Below, piece after piece: positions 42,747-53,461 of a stretch of DNA of 64,000 nt. Where the stretch lies: NCBI GenBank assembly GCA_963681965.1, contig OY820579.1:192001-256000 (forward strand). Direction: 5' to 3'. Position 1 is the first letter of the stretch. Every line of letters starts with the position of its first letter. Under the pieces are notes generated by a model, which saw only the letters and a program-made list of their open reading frames with translations, was not told the origin of the DNA and did no database searches. The translations under genes were made by a program, and so were the position numbers. Source of the stretch: a bacterium. GTDB taxonomy: Bacteria; Electryoneota; JAOADG01.

Positions 42747-43934
42747 TCAATTCACTAATTTCGCCATCGGCGACATGGCATAGAGTCGTTTACCATGATA
42801 TACGATTCGATCAATTGCATATTCGATCTCATCTTGGGTCGTCGACCACCCTACCGAGAGAGTGATACTGCCACTCCGTTGTTCCTCGGGTACACCACAT
42901 GCCTCTAACACATAACTGGCACCGAGTTCGGGACTCGCACAAGCACTACCCGAAACTGCCGCAATACGATCCGCTCCAATTCCGAGCAACAACGCCTCGC
43001 CTTCCACCCACTCCAGCCGGAAACTGGCGATCTGTGGTAACCGACTTATCGGATGACCTGTTTGATAAAAGCAAGCTGGAGCGCAATTACCAAATCCCGC
43101 GGTTAAACCGTCAAGTAGTTGATTGCTTAATTTCCGAAGCTTAATTGCACGTTCCATAATTTCATGCCGGGCAATTTCGGCGGCATTTCCCATTCCCACA
43201 ATTGCTGGTATATTTTCGGTACCAGCACGCTGCTTACGTTCTTGGACACCACCATTCATTTGCGGAAGAAGATCGGTTCCTTTTCGAAGCCACAACGCAG
43301 CCGCTCCAACCGGACCCCAAAAAGCATTTGCACCAAACGAGTAGGCTGTCACCCCAAGGTTTTCGATGTCGATTGGCAAGATACCGACCACACCGCTACC
43401 GTCGGAATGAAGTGGTACACCTCGTGAATTGCAGATTTTAGCAATCTGCTCGAGTGGTTGAATTGTACCAATTTCACTATTTGCATGTTGTATCGATACC
43501 AGTGCCGTATCGTCGCGAATTAATTCGGACAAGCGATCCAGTTTTATTATCCCGAACTCATCGACCGGTACATAATCGATAGCGAATCCCTGCCATAAAA
43601 GCGCTTGCGCAGTCATTCTTACCGATGGGTGATCGATTGCACCAATTACAATATGTTTTCCTCGATCGCTAGCCAACGCAATCCCTTTGAGTGCGAGATT
43701 GTTCGCTTCAGTTGCCGAACTGCAAAAGATCAGCTCAACCGGATCCAGTGCTCCGATCAAAGCTGCAACCTGAGCACGCGCCCGATCCATAGCGCGTTGC
43801 GCATTAACTCCCCACGGATGCAAGCGGGACGAAGGATTGCCATAGTGGCTTTTCGCTGCCTCGGACATCTTCAGAAGAACTTCCGGTAATACCGGAGCAG
43901 CACTAATCCAATCGAGATAAGCTTCTTTTAACAT
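42747..43934 (-). CDS. IscS/NifS-like cysteine desulfurase homologue lacking the PLP-binding Lys
   Basis: YGNPSS, ATEANN, NSEIGTIQP, RAGTENI and SGSAC are present. The usual S[AG]HKxxGPKG reads GANAFWGPVG. Confidence 0.85.
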   Translation of the reverse strand: MLKEAYLDWISAAPVLPEVLLKMSEAAKSHYGNPSSRLHPWGVNAQRAMDRARAQVAALIGALDPVELIFCSSATEANNLALKGIALASDRGKHIVIGAIDHPSVRMTAQALLWQGFAIDYVPVDEFGIIKLDRLSELIRDDTALVSIQHANSEIGTIQPLEQIAKICNSRGVPLHSDGSGVVGILPIDIENLGVTAYSFGANAFWGPVGAAALWLRKGTDLLPQMNGGVQERKQRAGTENIPAIVGMGNAAEIARHEIMERAIKLRKLSNQLLDGLTAGFGNCAPACFYQTGHPISRLPQIASFRLEWVEGEALLLGIGADRIAAVSGSACASPELGASYVLEACGVPEEQRSGSITLSVGWSTTQDEIEYAIDRIVYHGKRLYAMSPMAKLVN

Positions 43935-43975
43935 CTCTTCTCGCGACCAGCGATTGAATTCAATCGACTGGCTGA

Positions 43976-44437
43976 TTATTTAATTGCAATTTCAACAACT
44001 GGATTCCGTTTCGGTTTCGAATGATCCATGACGGTTTGCTGGTGAAGCAACTGAGCTACCGTAATCGATCGAAATCGTTGACTCAGATCGCTTGCCGTTT
44101 CACAGAGCACCGAGTGAACGGCACAATGCGATAGCATATCACAGCGTTTTCCTTCCATCAGGCAGTCCATCAAGACCAATTTATCTTCGATAGCAATAAC
44201 GATATCAAGTAAAGAGATACTTTCGGGCGAACGTGCCAGTGTCAACCCTCCACCACTGCCACGCCGAGAAACAATCAATCCGGCGTTAACCAATCGCGAT
44301 ACCGTCTTGTGTAAAAAAGCTATCGGAATTCGGCAAACATCGGCAATTGCGCTAGTGGTGACATTATCGCCACCATCGCGACGCGCAATTTCGATCATAA
44401 CTCGAATGCCATATTCCGACTGACGGGAAAGTATCAT
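43976..44437 (-). CDS. Rrf2-family regulator (IscR-like)
   Basis: SEYGIR, SRRGSGGGLTLAR and ISLLDIV; C-terminal C-x6-C-x5-C-xx-H. Confidence 0.88.
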   Translation of the reverse strand: MILSRQSEYGIRVMIEIARRDGGDNVTTSAIADVCRIPIAFLHKTVSRLVNAGLIVSRRGSGGGLTLARSPESISLLDIVIAIEDKLVLMDCLMEGKRCDMLSHCAVHSVLCETASDLSQRFRSITVAQLLHQQTVMDHSKPKRNPVVEIAIK

Positions 44438-44481
44438 CTCGAATTGTCCGGTTTACTATTTGAATGGAAGTGATACGGTTT

Positions 44482-44506
44482 AAATTGGACTAATGTAGTC
44501 CAATTT
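44482..44506. promoter_or_regulatory. IscR type-1-like operator AAATTGGACTA-ATG-TAGTCCAATTT
   Basis: Perfect 11-3-11 inverted repeat with a GACT...AGTC core, 45 nt upstream of the Rrf2 start. Confidence 0.8.
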
Positions 44507-44892
44507 GATTGCCGAGAAAAGGGTTAGCGGGAAATTGGGGGGGTATTTCGCGTCGCCAACCCTAGTCTCTTGGGGGAAATTGGATGTGCAGCGATATTGA
44601 ATAGTATCAAAATCTCAGGGTATAGGCAAGAAACACACTTTGTACCATTTTGGCTTGTTTTCTAAAAGTATAACTGCTTATTGTACCCCTTTGATATGAC
44701 CATCTATTTTCTAATAAGATAGTGAAGGTTTTATCAAACACTCACTTAAGCAGTTCCGTTCAATTAGTGTACAACTTATTAATTACTCTGAGAGTAGCTG
44801 TGTATCACAGAAAATAATTACTCGGTTTCCGATTTCTCTTTTTTTGGATCAGTCTAAGTGTGATTTTAAAGTACGTTCCATTCGAAAGCGAT

Positions 44893-47094
44893 ATGCGATT
44901 TTCTTTATTCATTACTTCCATTAAGAACACTTCACTGAAGCAGCGATGTAATTGGCATTTTTTTGTCTTATCGACGATTCTTTTGCTCATTTGGTTCATT
45001 TTTCCCGCGAATGCCAACATCATCAGAATTGCCAATTTAGCTCAGACGCAAGCGATAGTCAGTGCATGTCGTGGAGAGATTATCTGTGGAAGTACTTCGG
45101 ATTCACTACTCGTGGAATTTCCGGAAGAAAGCGATTTTCGTCGATTCCAATCTCTAGTCTCCGTCGAGTGCTATCGTGAAATCGGCGATCTATCCAATCT
45201 CCTCGGTCCAATTCATAGCAGTTCCGACGAAATCGACGACTATCACACGTATGCTACTGCTGCTTCGGAAATAATTAATTTTGTTACGAACCATCCGACG
45301 ATTGCTCACCTTGACACAATCGGTTATTCGGTGGAACATCGCGCGATCCTACATTTGAAAATCACCGACAGCGTATCGGTCGATCGCGACCTTCCGCGGT
45401 TTTACATCCTTTCGGGAACCCATGGTAACGAGTTGATTGGGGTTGAAATCACATTGCGATACCTGCGCTGGCTCGACACTATGATCGAGACCGATACTGC
45501 GATGCAACGGCGATTGCACAATATCGAACTGCATCTTGTTCCGATCCACAATCCCGATGGTTACGAGTATCGTCAACGCTATAACTACCGAGGAGTAGAT
45601 CTCAACCGAAACTTTGCATTTCACTGGGGTTTTGCTGCGGCAGCATACGGTACCGCCCCGCTATCCGAACCGGAAGATGTGGCAATCGATTCCTTGGTTC
45701 GAACGATCCAGCCGGTAATGTCGCTCGCCTATCATTCCTCCGGAATGCAAATTTTACGTCCATATTGCTGGTATGCGCGGGAATGCCCTGACAGTATCAC
45801 GACACGAAGTTTATCGGTGCTCTATCACAATTATCTCCCATTCTACAATCAGATCATGGGTGGTCAGCTCTACTTCCACGGTGGCGAGCACAACGATCAC
45901 AACTATTCCCGATACGGTAATCCCGGATTTACGATCGAGACTTGGCGCGGACCGGATTACAATCCTCCGATCGATAGTATCGATACAGTCTGTATTCCCC
46001 ACCGTTTTGCAATCAATGCAATGATTGACCGCGCATTGCAAAATCAACTGACCGGATTTGTAATCGACAGCAGTAGCCGACGTCCGATTGCAAATGTCGA
46101 CTGGCAGATCGTTTCTCAGTGGGATTCCGGATTTGTGACCCGCAAATTGCTCCCGAACGGTCGCTATCGAATGCTCCGCGAACCGGGTATATACACTCTC
46201 CAATTCGCAGCTCCGGATTATCTTCCCCGGACGGTTCGGATCAGGATTAGCGCGACTGGCACGCCGACTGTTCAGGATGTGGCGTTGGTCTCAGCGTATT
46301 CTTCTCTGCGAGGACAAGTTGCGATTTATGGCGATCGCTCAACCGATTCGATCTGGGTGTCATTTCGCCAGCAACAAATTTTACTCGACAGTACGCATTC
46401 GTTTGGATTCGATCATGTTACTACCGGCGTCGACACTGTTCTGATCTTTGGAACCGGCTTCGAAACCCGCATTCATATTGTAGCGTTATTGCCGGGCGAT
46501 ACTGCTCGAGTACACACGTCAATAGCTCGACTACTGGCTCCGGTTATTACCCGACGAGGAATCGAAGAAGGGGAATCGCGATTTTACTGGACTTCACCTT
46601 ACACCGATCCAGAAGCGAATCGTCGAATTCTGGGATACGCGATTATACGTGACAGTGTTAATTATATCCCATTGACATTCGATACGGTCTTCTCCGAACC
46701 GTTTCCCGACGGATCACCGCCACGGGTGTACCAATTGCGTACGATCTACCTCTGTGGTCAATCTGCGCTCACCGACACGCTTTTATTTACTGTTCCGGAT
46801 ATCGATAATGTGGATTCTCGATCAATGGTGGATCATTATGGATTTGATCAAGTCTACCCTAACCCATTTAATCGAGTCGTGACCCTCCGTTACCGACTGA
46901 AACCGGAACAATCGGCAGCTCTCGAAGTATTCGACGCATTGGGTCGATTGGTGCAACGCGCTAATATCCCTATTGGTGCAACGGGAGCTTGGCAATGGAT
47001 GCCAGATCGAACACGATCGGCTGCCGGGGTATATTTTCTAAGAATCATTCAAAATCGTCAAACTGAAACTTATAAGCTGTTATATTTACCTTGA
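44893..47094 (+). CDS. Secreted M14 zinc carboxypeptidase with C-terminal secretion domain
   Basis: HGNE, NPDG, GVDLNRNF, YHS and FTIET; C-terminus YPNPFN...GVYFLR. Start uncertain. Confidence 0.9.
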   Translation: MRFSLFITSIKNTSLKQRCNWHFFVLSTILLLIWFIFPANANIIRIANLAQTQAIVSACRGEIICGSTSDSLLVEFPEESDFRRFQSLVSVECYREIGDLSNLLGPIHSSSDEIDDYHTYATAASEIINFVTNHPTIAHLDTIGYSVEHRAILHLKITDSVSVDRDLPRFYILSGTHGNELIGVEITLRYLRWLDTMIETDTAMQRRLHNIELHLVPIHNPDGYEYRQRYNYRGVDLNRNFAFHWGFAAAAYGTAPLSEPEDVAIDSLVRTIQPVMSLAYHSSGMQILRPYCWYARECPDSITTRSLSVLYHNYLPFYNQIMGGQLYFHGGEHNDHNYSRYGNPGFTIETWRGPDYNPPIDSIDTVCIPHRFAINAMIDRALQNQLTGFVIDSSSRRPIANVDWQIVSQWDSGFVTRKLLPNGRYRMLREPGIYTLQFAAPDYLPRTVRIRISATGTPTVQDVALVSAYSSLRGQVAIYGDRSTDSIWVSFRQQQILLDSTHSFGFDHVTTGVDTVLIFGTGFETRIHIVALLPGDTARVHTSIARLLAPVITRRGIEEGESRFYWTSPYTDPEANRRILGYAIIRDSVNYIPLTFDTVFSEPFPDGSPPRVYQLRTIYLCGQSALTDTLLFTVPDIDNVDSRSMVDHYGFDQVYPNPFNRVVTLRYRLKPEQSAALEVFDALGRLVQRANIPIGATGAWQWMPDRTRSAAGVYFLRIIQNRQTETYKLLYLP

Positions 47095-47113
47095 TTTTCG
47101 TATTTTGTTTTAC

Positions 47114-48301
47114 ATGATAAAAACTTTCGACATTGTCGGTTGGCGCAACCAGCTAAAAACGATTTGTAGTCACTCATTTATCGGTGATGAAGTGACTGAT
47201 GTTGCGCTCCCGATTCATCGGTCGACTACTTTCCGTTTATCTCAGGAAACACTCGATGCCTATGTTTCAGGTAACTCTCGCGACACTTGGTTGTACTCGC
47301 GGTATGGAAATCCGACAGTACGTGCATTAGAGCGGAAACTGGCAGCGATGGAAAAAGCTGAGGATGCACTAGCGACATCTTCAGGAATGGCGGCGGTCAG
47401 CGCGGTGCTATTTTCTCTTGCACGACCGGGAGATCGCTGGTTAGTAAGTCGCGAGTTATATGGAGTAACTTATTCGCTCCTGACATCCGATATCGTTAAA
47501 ATGGGAATTACTTTGAGTTGGTTCGATCCGGAAGTTCCTGACCAGCTCGAAGCAGCATTTGCTGAGTCGCCGACACCGCGAGTAGTCTACTTCGAAACGA
47601 TGTCCAATCCACTCTCGCGACCGTCACCGTTACTGGAATTGCTGACGCTGGTACGCAAATATCATTCGACTTCAGTCATCGATAATACTTTTGCATCGCC
47701 GTGGAATTGCATTCCTCATTTTTACGGTGCTGATTTTGTGATAGAATCGGGTACAAAATATTTAAATGGACATTCCGATGTCATTTGTGGTGTCGTTTCG
47801 GGGAGTAAAGAAGTTTTAATGCCGGTATGGCGTCAAATGACTAGACTGGGTGGTTGTCTCGATCCAGCGGCTGCCTATCTATGGAACCGGGGATTACAAA
47901 CCTTTCCTTTGCGTATGGTTGAGATTAACAATCTTGCATACCAAGTAGCTTTTTGGCTGCAAAATCGACCGGAAATCGAAACAGTTTTTTATCCCGGAAT
48001 ACATACCCCGCTTCCCTGCTGGTTACCCAACGGTGGCGGCGTCGTGGCATTTCGAGTAGCCGGAGGTACAGCACGCTCGGAACGGTTATTGAAAGAATTA
48101 CATATTATACAACCGGCAACAAGTCTGGGTGGAGTGGAATCTCTAATCTCAAATCCGTATAATACTAGTCATATGCAGTTTACGGTCGATCAGCAAGCCG
48201 AACTCGGCATTCTTCCGGGTACGGTGCGACTTTCGATCGGAATTGAAAATTATACCGATCTAATCGGGGACTTAGAGCAAGCGTTAATACGTTCGGAATA
48301 A
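47114..48301 (+). CDS. Second Cys/Met metabolism PLP enzyme (cystathionine gamma-lyase/synthase-like)
   Basis: YSRYGNPT, SSGMAA, DNTFASP, ESGTKYLNGHSD and SLGGVESL. Confidence 0.88.
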   Translation: MIKTFDIVGWRNQLKTICSHSFIGDEVTDVALPIHRSTTFRLSQETLDAYVSGNSRDTWLYSRYGNPTVRALERKLAAMEKAEDALATSSGMAAVSAVLFSLARPGDRWLVSRELYGVTYSLLTSDIVKMGITLSWFDPEVPDQLEAAFAESPTPRVVYFETMSNPLSRPSPLLELLTLVRKYHSTSVIDNTFASPWNCIPHFYGADFVIESGTKYLNGHSDVICGVVSGSKEVLMPVWRQMTRLGGCLDPAAAYLWNRGLQTFPLRMVEINNLAYQVAFWLQNRPEIETVFYPGIHTPLPCWLPNGGGVVAFRVAGGTARSERLLKELHIIQPATSLGGVESLISNPYNTSHMQFTVDQQAELGILPGTVRLSIGIENYTDLIGDLEQALIRSE

Positions 48302-48309
48302 TTATTCAA

Positions 48310-48546
48310 ATGCGTACTTTCGACAGTTTTGACCGACACCGTTCTATGCGCGTCAATGCAACGTTGCGCAACATCGCACTCGTCTTGGCTTTTATCAGTT
48401 TGGTTTTCTCAGTAATGTCAGGCACGATGCTGTTCTTCGATTTAGGCGATGCCAATTGGTGGGAATTTGTGATCGGGCTGTTTTGTTTTGTGATCTTTTC
48501 CAATATAGGAATGCACTTCCATGTCAGCTTCAAACGGAAAGACTGA
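48310..48546 (+). CDS. Small two-TM membrane protein
   Basis: Two hydrophobic stretches; tightly packed between operon genes. Confidence 0.6.
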   Translation: MRTFDSFDRHRSMRVNATLRNIALVLAFISLVFSVMSGTMLFFDLGDANWWEFVIGLFCFVIFSNIGMHFHVSFKRKD

Positions 48547-49531
48547 CGTCCGCATCGGTCTTGCCGGTACCGGACATCTAGGCACATTTCACGGTAATCT
48601 TCTCGGTTCAACTCCTCACGCTCAATTCGTCGGTGTTTACGACACAAACCACGAAATCGCTGTTCAAAAAGCTGCGCAGTGGAACGTCAAGGTTTTCGAC
48701 AGCTACGAAGCATTGCTGAAAGAAGTCGATGCCGTCGATATCGTTGCTGTAACGACAGTTCACGAACCATTGACATTGCAAGCGATTGCTGCGGGGAAAC
48801 ACGTCTTCGTTGAAAAACCGTTGGCACATACTGTCGAAGCCGGTAAGCGAATGATCGATGCCGCCGCTAAAGCAGGTATCGTCTTGCAGGTGGGTCATGT
48901 CGAACGGTTTAATCGGGCAGTCCGAGCACTTGATGGCATCAAATTGGAACCTCAGTTTATCGAATCGCATCGACTGGCACCATACAAACCGCGTGGCGTC
49001 GACGTTTCGGTAGTATTCGATTTGATGATTCACGATCTCGACGTAATTCTGCATTTGATTCCCGATCCGGTAATAAACATTGCTGCTAGCGGTGTATCGG
49101 TCGTTTCTCCGTCACCCGATATCGTCAATGCGCGAATCACTTTTGCGCGCGGACAAGTAGCAAATGTTACCGCATCGCGATTGTCATTGCATCCGATGCG
49201 TAAATTACGGATGTTCCAAAATAGCAGCTACGTCTCGCTCGATTTCCAAACCGGTCAGGCTGAAGTAATATATTTAGTTGAGGACAATCCAACACTAACC
49301 GGTTTCCCGCTAATGCCGATCCAATTGGTTGACGGCAGTACAAAAACTATTGCTCGCTGGCAGCCTGAAGCCGCCGAAGCGAACGCGATCGGACTGGAAT
49401 TGGCATCGTTTATCTCGGCGATTCGTGGTGAAACACCGGTTGCTGTAAGCGGCGAACAAGGTTTCCGTGCTTTGGAAGTCGCTCACGAGATCGAAACGAC
49501 GATGGCAGCTCATGCACAACTAATGAAGTGA
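48521..49531 (+). CDS. Gfo/Idh/MocA oxidoreductase (GnnA-like UDP-GlcNAc 3-dehydrogenase)
   Basis: GTGHLG, VEKP, QVGHVERFN, DVSVVFDLMIHDLD and NVTASR. Confidence 0.85.
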   Translation: MSASNGKTDVRIGLAGTGHLGTFHGNLLGSTPHAQFVGVYDTNHEIAVQKAAQWNVKVFDSYEALLKEVDAVDIVAVTTVHEPLTLQAIAAGKHVFVEKPLAHTVEAGKRMIDAAAKAGIVLQVGHVERFNRAVRALDGIKLEPQFIESHRLAPYKPRGVDVSVVFDLMIHDLDVILHLIPDPVINIAASGVSVVSPSPDIVNARITFARGQVANVTASRLSLHPMRKLRMFQNSSYVSLDFQTGQAEVIYLVEDNPTLTGFPLMPIQLVDGSTKTIARWQPEAAEANAIGLELASFISAIRGETPVAVSGEQGFRALEVAHEIETTMAAHAQLMK

Positions 49532-49555
49532 TTTTTTTTTGGTTTGAAGATTTCG

Positions 49556-49581
49556 ATGCGGGCGCCACAGCCCGCATTTTT
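49556..49581 (+). terminator. Intrinsic terminator
   Basis: ATGCGGGC-gccaca-GCCCGCAT-TTTT. Confidence 0.75.
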
Positions 49582-49751
49582 CTTGATTTCGAAATACTCC
49601 TAGTTGTTTCAAAGCATACGATAAATTCGAATATACCCGATCGGCTCTTGCATCGATTATCTTGTAAGGGTACTATTGGATGATAGATTGACGAATAATA
49701 TCAAGATCAGTTGTATATTATATCGTTAAACCAAGTAACCGAATCATCACT

Positions 49752-50846
49752 ATGCGAATCGTATTTCTATTACCCGGGTCGGGTCACAATCCATCCGGGA
49801 ACTACAAAATTGTGTATGAATACGCCAACGGATTATCTCGTATCGGTTACGAGGTCGCAGTTGCTCACGCCCCATATGGAAGACTCGGCGACCGGAAATT
49901 CCACACAGAAATGCTGCGGATTCGAGAATATTGGCTGCGTAAGATTCGCCTGCACGGAGGGTATCGTCCGAAATCGTGGTTTTCAACGGAACGTGCTGTT
50001 AAACTGCTCTGGCTTCCAACGCTGCATTTTCATTGGCTTCCCGATGCCGATATTTGTGTCGCAACTTCGTGGGAAACTGCGGAATGGTTAAACACCTACC
50101 CGGAATCGAAAGGTAAAAAGTTTTACCTTCTACAACATCTGGAAACTCATTACCGATTCAGCGATGAAAAAAGAATCGAAGAGACTTGGAAGCTTCCGAT
50201 GCAGAAAATTGTCATCGCGAAGTGGTTGCAGATGTATGCACAATCGATGAGTCAAGAGGCAGCTTACATCCCCAACGGTTTGGATTTCGAGCGGTTCAAT
50301 ATCGATACTCCAATCAACGAACGTCAACCGGCGAAAGTCATGATGCTCTATCACAACGAACCGTGGAAGGGCACGCAAATCGGATTGATGGCGCTGAAGC
50401 TGGCGAAACAGACCACGCCGGAGTTGAATGTCACGCTATTTGGAATCGATGCACCCACGGAAGATTTCCCGCCATGGATAAAATATTACCGCAATCCATC
50501 GCAGAATGTGTTGCGTAAACTGTACAACGAAGCTGCGATATTTCTCTCGCCGAGTTTTGCCGAAGGGTGGCCTTTACCACCCGCCGAATCGATGCAGTGC
50601 GGTGCAGCATTGTGTGCGACGGATATCGGTGGTCACCGCGAATATGCTACCGACGCGAAAACAGCTTTGATCTCTCCAGCCGGCGATATTCATCGCTTGG
50701 CAGAAAACCTGCAAATCCTCATCCGACATGTCGATATGCGGATCCGCATTGCAACCGACGGCAACAAGTTTATCCGGCAATTCACCTGGCAACGCGCAGT
50801 ACGTTCGTTTCAGGCGGTGATCGATCCCGAAGCCGCGCGAAAATAA
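49752..50846 (+). CDS. GT4-family glycosyltransferase (WsaF-like)
   Basis: GNYKIVYEYAN, VATSWETA and EGWPLPPAESMQCG. Confidence 0.88.
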   Translation: MRIVFLLPGSGHNPSGNYKIVYEYANGLSRIGYEVAVAHAPYGRLGDRKFHTEMLRIREYWLRKIRLHGGYRPKSWFSTERAVKLLWLPTLHFHWLPDADICVATSWETAEWLNTYPESKGKKFYLLQHLETHYRFSDEKRIEETWKLPMQKIVIAKWLQMYAQSMSQEAAYIPNGLDFERFNIDTPINERQPAKVMMLYHNEPWKGTQIGLMALKLAKQTTPELNVTLFGIDAPTEDFPPWIKYYRNPSQNVLRKLYNEAAIFLSPSFAEGWPLPPAESMQCGAALCATDIGGHREYATDAKTALISPAGDIHRLAENLQILIRHVDMRIRIATDGNKFIRQFTWQRAVRSFQAVIDPEAARK

Positions 50847-50895
50847 CGACACAGTTGTCGTCTCCCGACACAATCGAATTAAATTACACCACTAA

Positions 50896-52107
50896 TTATT
50901 GAGATAGATAAGAAAACAGCGAAGGCAGCGCTTGTCGAAGTGTTGATTCCGAAGCTAAATAGGTAATGACGATTGCTTCATGCGGTAGGTCGTAATAATA
51001 ACCCGGATGCACGATCAAGTGTTTTTGTTCCATCAGATCGATTGCGATTTGCTCAGCCGATCGATTCGCCGGAGTATCAATGATACAGTATACCCCTCCC
51101 GACGACGCATTGATCGATACCCCCGATTTTCGAGCTTCATCAATCACAATTTTCCGACGTGTGGCTAACAACGCGGCAAGTTTGTGCGATTCGTTATCGA
51201 TAAATTGTCCTTGATCGCGCGACAATATTTCCGTTGCGGCTGATTGAGCCGTTTCATTTACCGGTAGAAAAGTATCGATAAGATGATCGAGGGTCTGTTT
51301 TGCCTGCTGTACTGCTTCGTAATCATTCCCTTTCACGACAACCCACCCGATTTTATGACCGGGCAATCCCAAGATTTTCGAGAACCCATTCAACCAGAAT
51401 ACTAGTGGATAATCGGTTGCTTGCGGTCGTGGGAAATTCCCGTGAAATGACTGCCCAGTTTCATCGAAACGGAATTCACAAAAGACCTCATCGAAAATCA
51501 GAGGAACCTGCAATCGACAGGCTACTTCACCGATCGCTCGAAGCTCATCCGAATTGAGAATGGTACCTGTCGGATTGTGCGGTGAGATCAGACAGATCGC
51601 TCGGGTATTGGTGGAGATACGATTTGCCAACCAATCAGGATTGATACTCCAGCCGTTTGCGGGTGACAGTGGAAAAGTCGTCATTTTCCAGCCCGCAACG
51701 GCGGCAATATCCTCGAACAACGGGTAACTGGGCACTGGACAAAGGACTTCGGCGCTATCACCTAATAGTCGAAAAAGAATCAGATAAGCAAAACTACTGC
51801 CTGGCGTAATAAAGATCTCATCGGGATCAACCGCTTCCCCTCGACGTGCATACCAATCGGCGATTGCTATCCGTAATCCCAATTGACCGTGCGAATCCGG
51901 TTGATATTCGCGTGTCTTAGTTAACGCGGTTTGATAGGCGTCATCGAGAATTGAATCGGGAAAAGCTATTCCGTTCTCATACCATTTCGGATTTACTAGA
52001 TCGATTAGCGGGATATTCTGCTCGTGTAATCTTCGCAGAGTTTGGTTATACCGGTTGTCGGACGGAGTCGAGAAGCGCGACACGAGTTCGGAGAATCTGA
52101 CGGTCAT
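50896..52107 (-). CDS. Class I/II PLP aminotransferase
   Basis: PSYPLF, SPHNPTG, DEVF and NGFSKILGLPG. ATGA overlap with the flippase stop. Confidence 0.88.
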   Translation of the reverse strand: MTVRFSELVSRFSTPSDNRYNQTLRRLHEQNIPLIDLVNPKWYENGIAFPDSILDDAYQTALTKTREYQPDSHGQLGLRIAIADWYARRGEAVDPDEIFITPGSSFAYLILFRLLGDSAEVLCPVPSYPLFEDIAAVAGWKMTTFPLSPANGWSINPDWLANRISTNTRAICLISPHNPTGTILNSDELRAIGEVACRLQVPLIFDEVFCEFRFDETGQSFHGNFPRPQATDYPLVFWLNGFSKILGLPGHKIGWVVVKGNDYEAVQQAKQTLDHLIDTFLPVNETAQSAATEILSRDQGQFIDNESHKLAALLATRRKIVIDEARKSGVSINASSGGVYCIIDTPANRSAEQIAIDLMEQKHLIVHPGYYYDLPHEAIVITYLASESTLRQALPSLFSYLSQ

Positions 52108-53405
52108 GATTTCCGCCCGATACTGGCTAGGATTTTCCCTTGGAATGGATGACACCCTTTATACAGTAGGATGATATTGTAAAGTGTGAAGTCGCACATA
52201 TTGGATAACAGAACAGCCCATGCCATCCCGATTGCACCAAAATGAGTGATCAACGGATATGCCAGCGCCAGATGAATCACTGCAGTTGTGCCGGTAACGA
52301 TATAATATTCCCGATCGTGTCCGAGCGGCAACATCCACTGGATAACGATCACGTTATTCAATGCGATAAAGATCGAGACCGGTACTAAAATCCGCAATAC
52401 CGTCAATGTCTCTTCAAAGCCTGGTCCTAAATAGTATTTCGTGTAGATCGGACTCAGCAAGTAAAACATCAGACTCATCACGCAGCCGACGGCGAAAATG
52501 AGTGCGGCACTTTTCCGAAAGAGAATTTTCGCTTTGGCATAATCGGACTGAAAGAGATTGCTGAGTCGTGGAAAGATTGCAAAAGTGATTGGTCCCTGCA
52601 TTGCCGAAAAACCTTTACTCAGTTTATCGGCACCGGCATAAATACCAGCCACTTGCGGCAGCGCAAACAAACCGACGACAAAAACATTGGCGGTAGAATA
52701 AATACTGACGAGTAAACGCGATAGGAACAGCGCACCGCCCGATTTCAAGATATCCTGAGCTAGTTGACGGGACGGGCGCGTGAACGGAACTTCCCGATAC
52801 GCTAAAACCAGCGATACGATGATCGAAAATAGATTCGCGGCAGTGTAGATGAGGAAGACCAACCCGATGTCGTTTGCATCGTGGACCAGAAAGAAAATAC
52901 CAATGGTTGCAATAAATTTCGCTGAGACATCGAGGCTTGCAGCCAACTGCATTCGTTCCAAACCCTGAAAATACCAGAGCAGGTTGTTGCCAAGCGTTAC
53001 CATCCACAACATCCCGAGCCAGAATGTTCCGGGATTATCGCGCAGACTGGGAACAAATATTTGTGCGATGAGTCCGATTATTGCACCGATCACAGAGAGA
53101 ATAACTTTTGCCGACATCACTCCAGTAAGCAACTCACTACGACGGTTCAAGTCATCGCGGGCGATCGCAACATCGCGGGTAGCGGAAAAGATAAAATTGT
53201 ATTCGACGATGGTCATGATATAGAGGGCAAAGCTTTGGATCAACGCGAATAGACCCCACCCTCCGACACCCAATACGCGGGTGAGATAGGGTATAGTAAT
53301 CAACGGTACGAGGTAATTCACAAAATGCACGCCGTAGAGCCAGAAAATATTTCTGATCAGCTTTTTTTGAAGTATCTCGCGAATCTTTTCTTTCCACTCG
53401 TTCAA
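52104..53405 (-). CDS. Wzx-like polysaccharide flippase
   Basis: PLITIPYLTRVLG, WYFQGLERM and GIYAGADKL; many hydrophobic segments. Confidence 0.88.
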   Translation of the reverse strand: MNEWKEKIREILQKKLIRNIFWLYGVHFVNYLVPLITIPYLTRVLGVGGWGLFALIQSFALYIMTIVEYNFIFSATRDVAIARDDLNRRSELLTGVMSAKVILSVIGAIIGLIAQIFVPSLRDNPGTFWLGMLWMVTLGNNLLWYFQGLERMQLAASLDVSAKFIATIGIFFLVHDANDIGLVFLIYTAANLFSIIVSLVLAYREVPFTRPSRQLAQDILKSGGALFLSRLLVSIYSTANVFVVGLFALPQVAGIYAGADKLSKGFSAMQGPITFAIFPRLSNLFQSDYAKAKILFRKSAALIFAVGCVMSLMFYLLSPIYTKYYLGPGFEETLTVLRILVPVSIFIALNNVIVIQWMLPLGHDREYYIVTGTTAVIHLALAYPLITHFGAIGMAWAVLLSNMCDFTLYNIILLYKGCHPFQGKILASIGRKS

Positions 53406-53461
53406 TTAAAAAATTCCTTAACAAGTCAGGTAATATACGCGCTGCAGATGTGATTGTTCCA

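Noticed and set aside
44520-44563. Imperfect hairpin GGGTTAGCG...CGCCAACCC upstream of the Rrf2 gene
   Set aside because: Single copy with several mismatches and no family motif.
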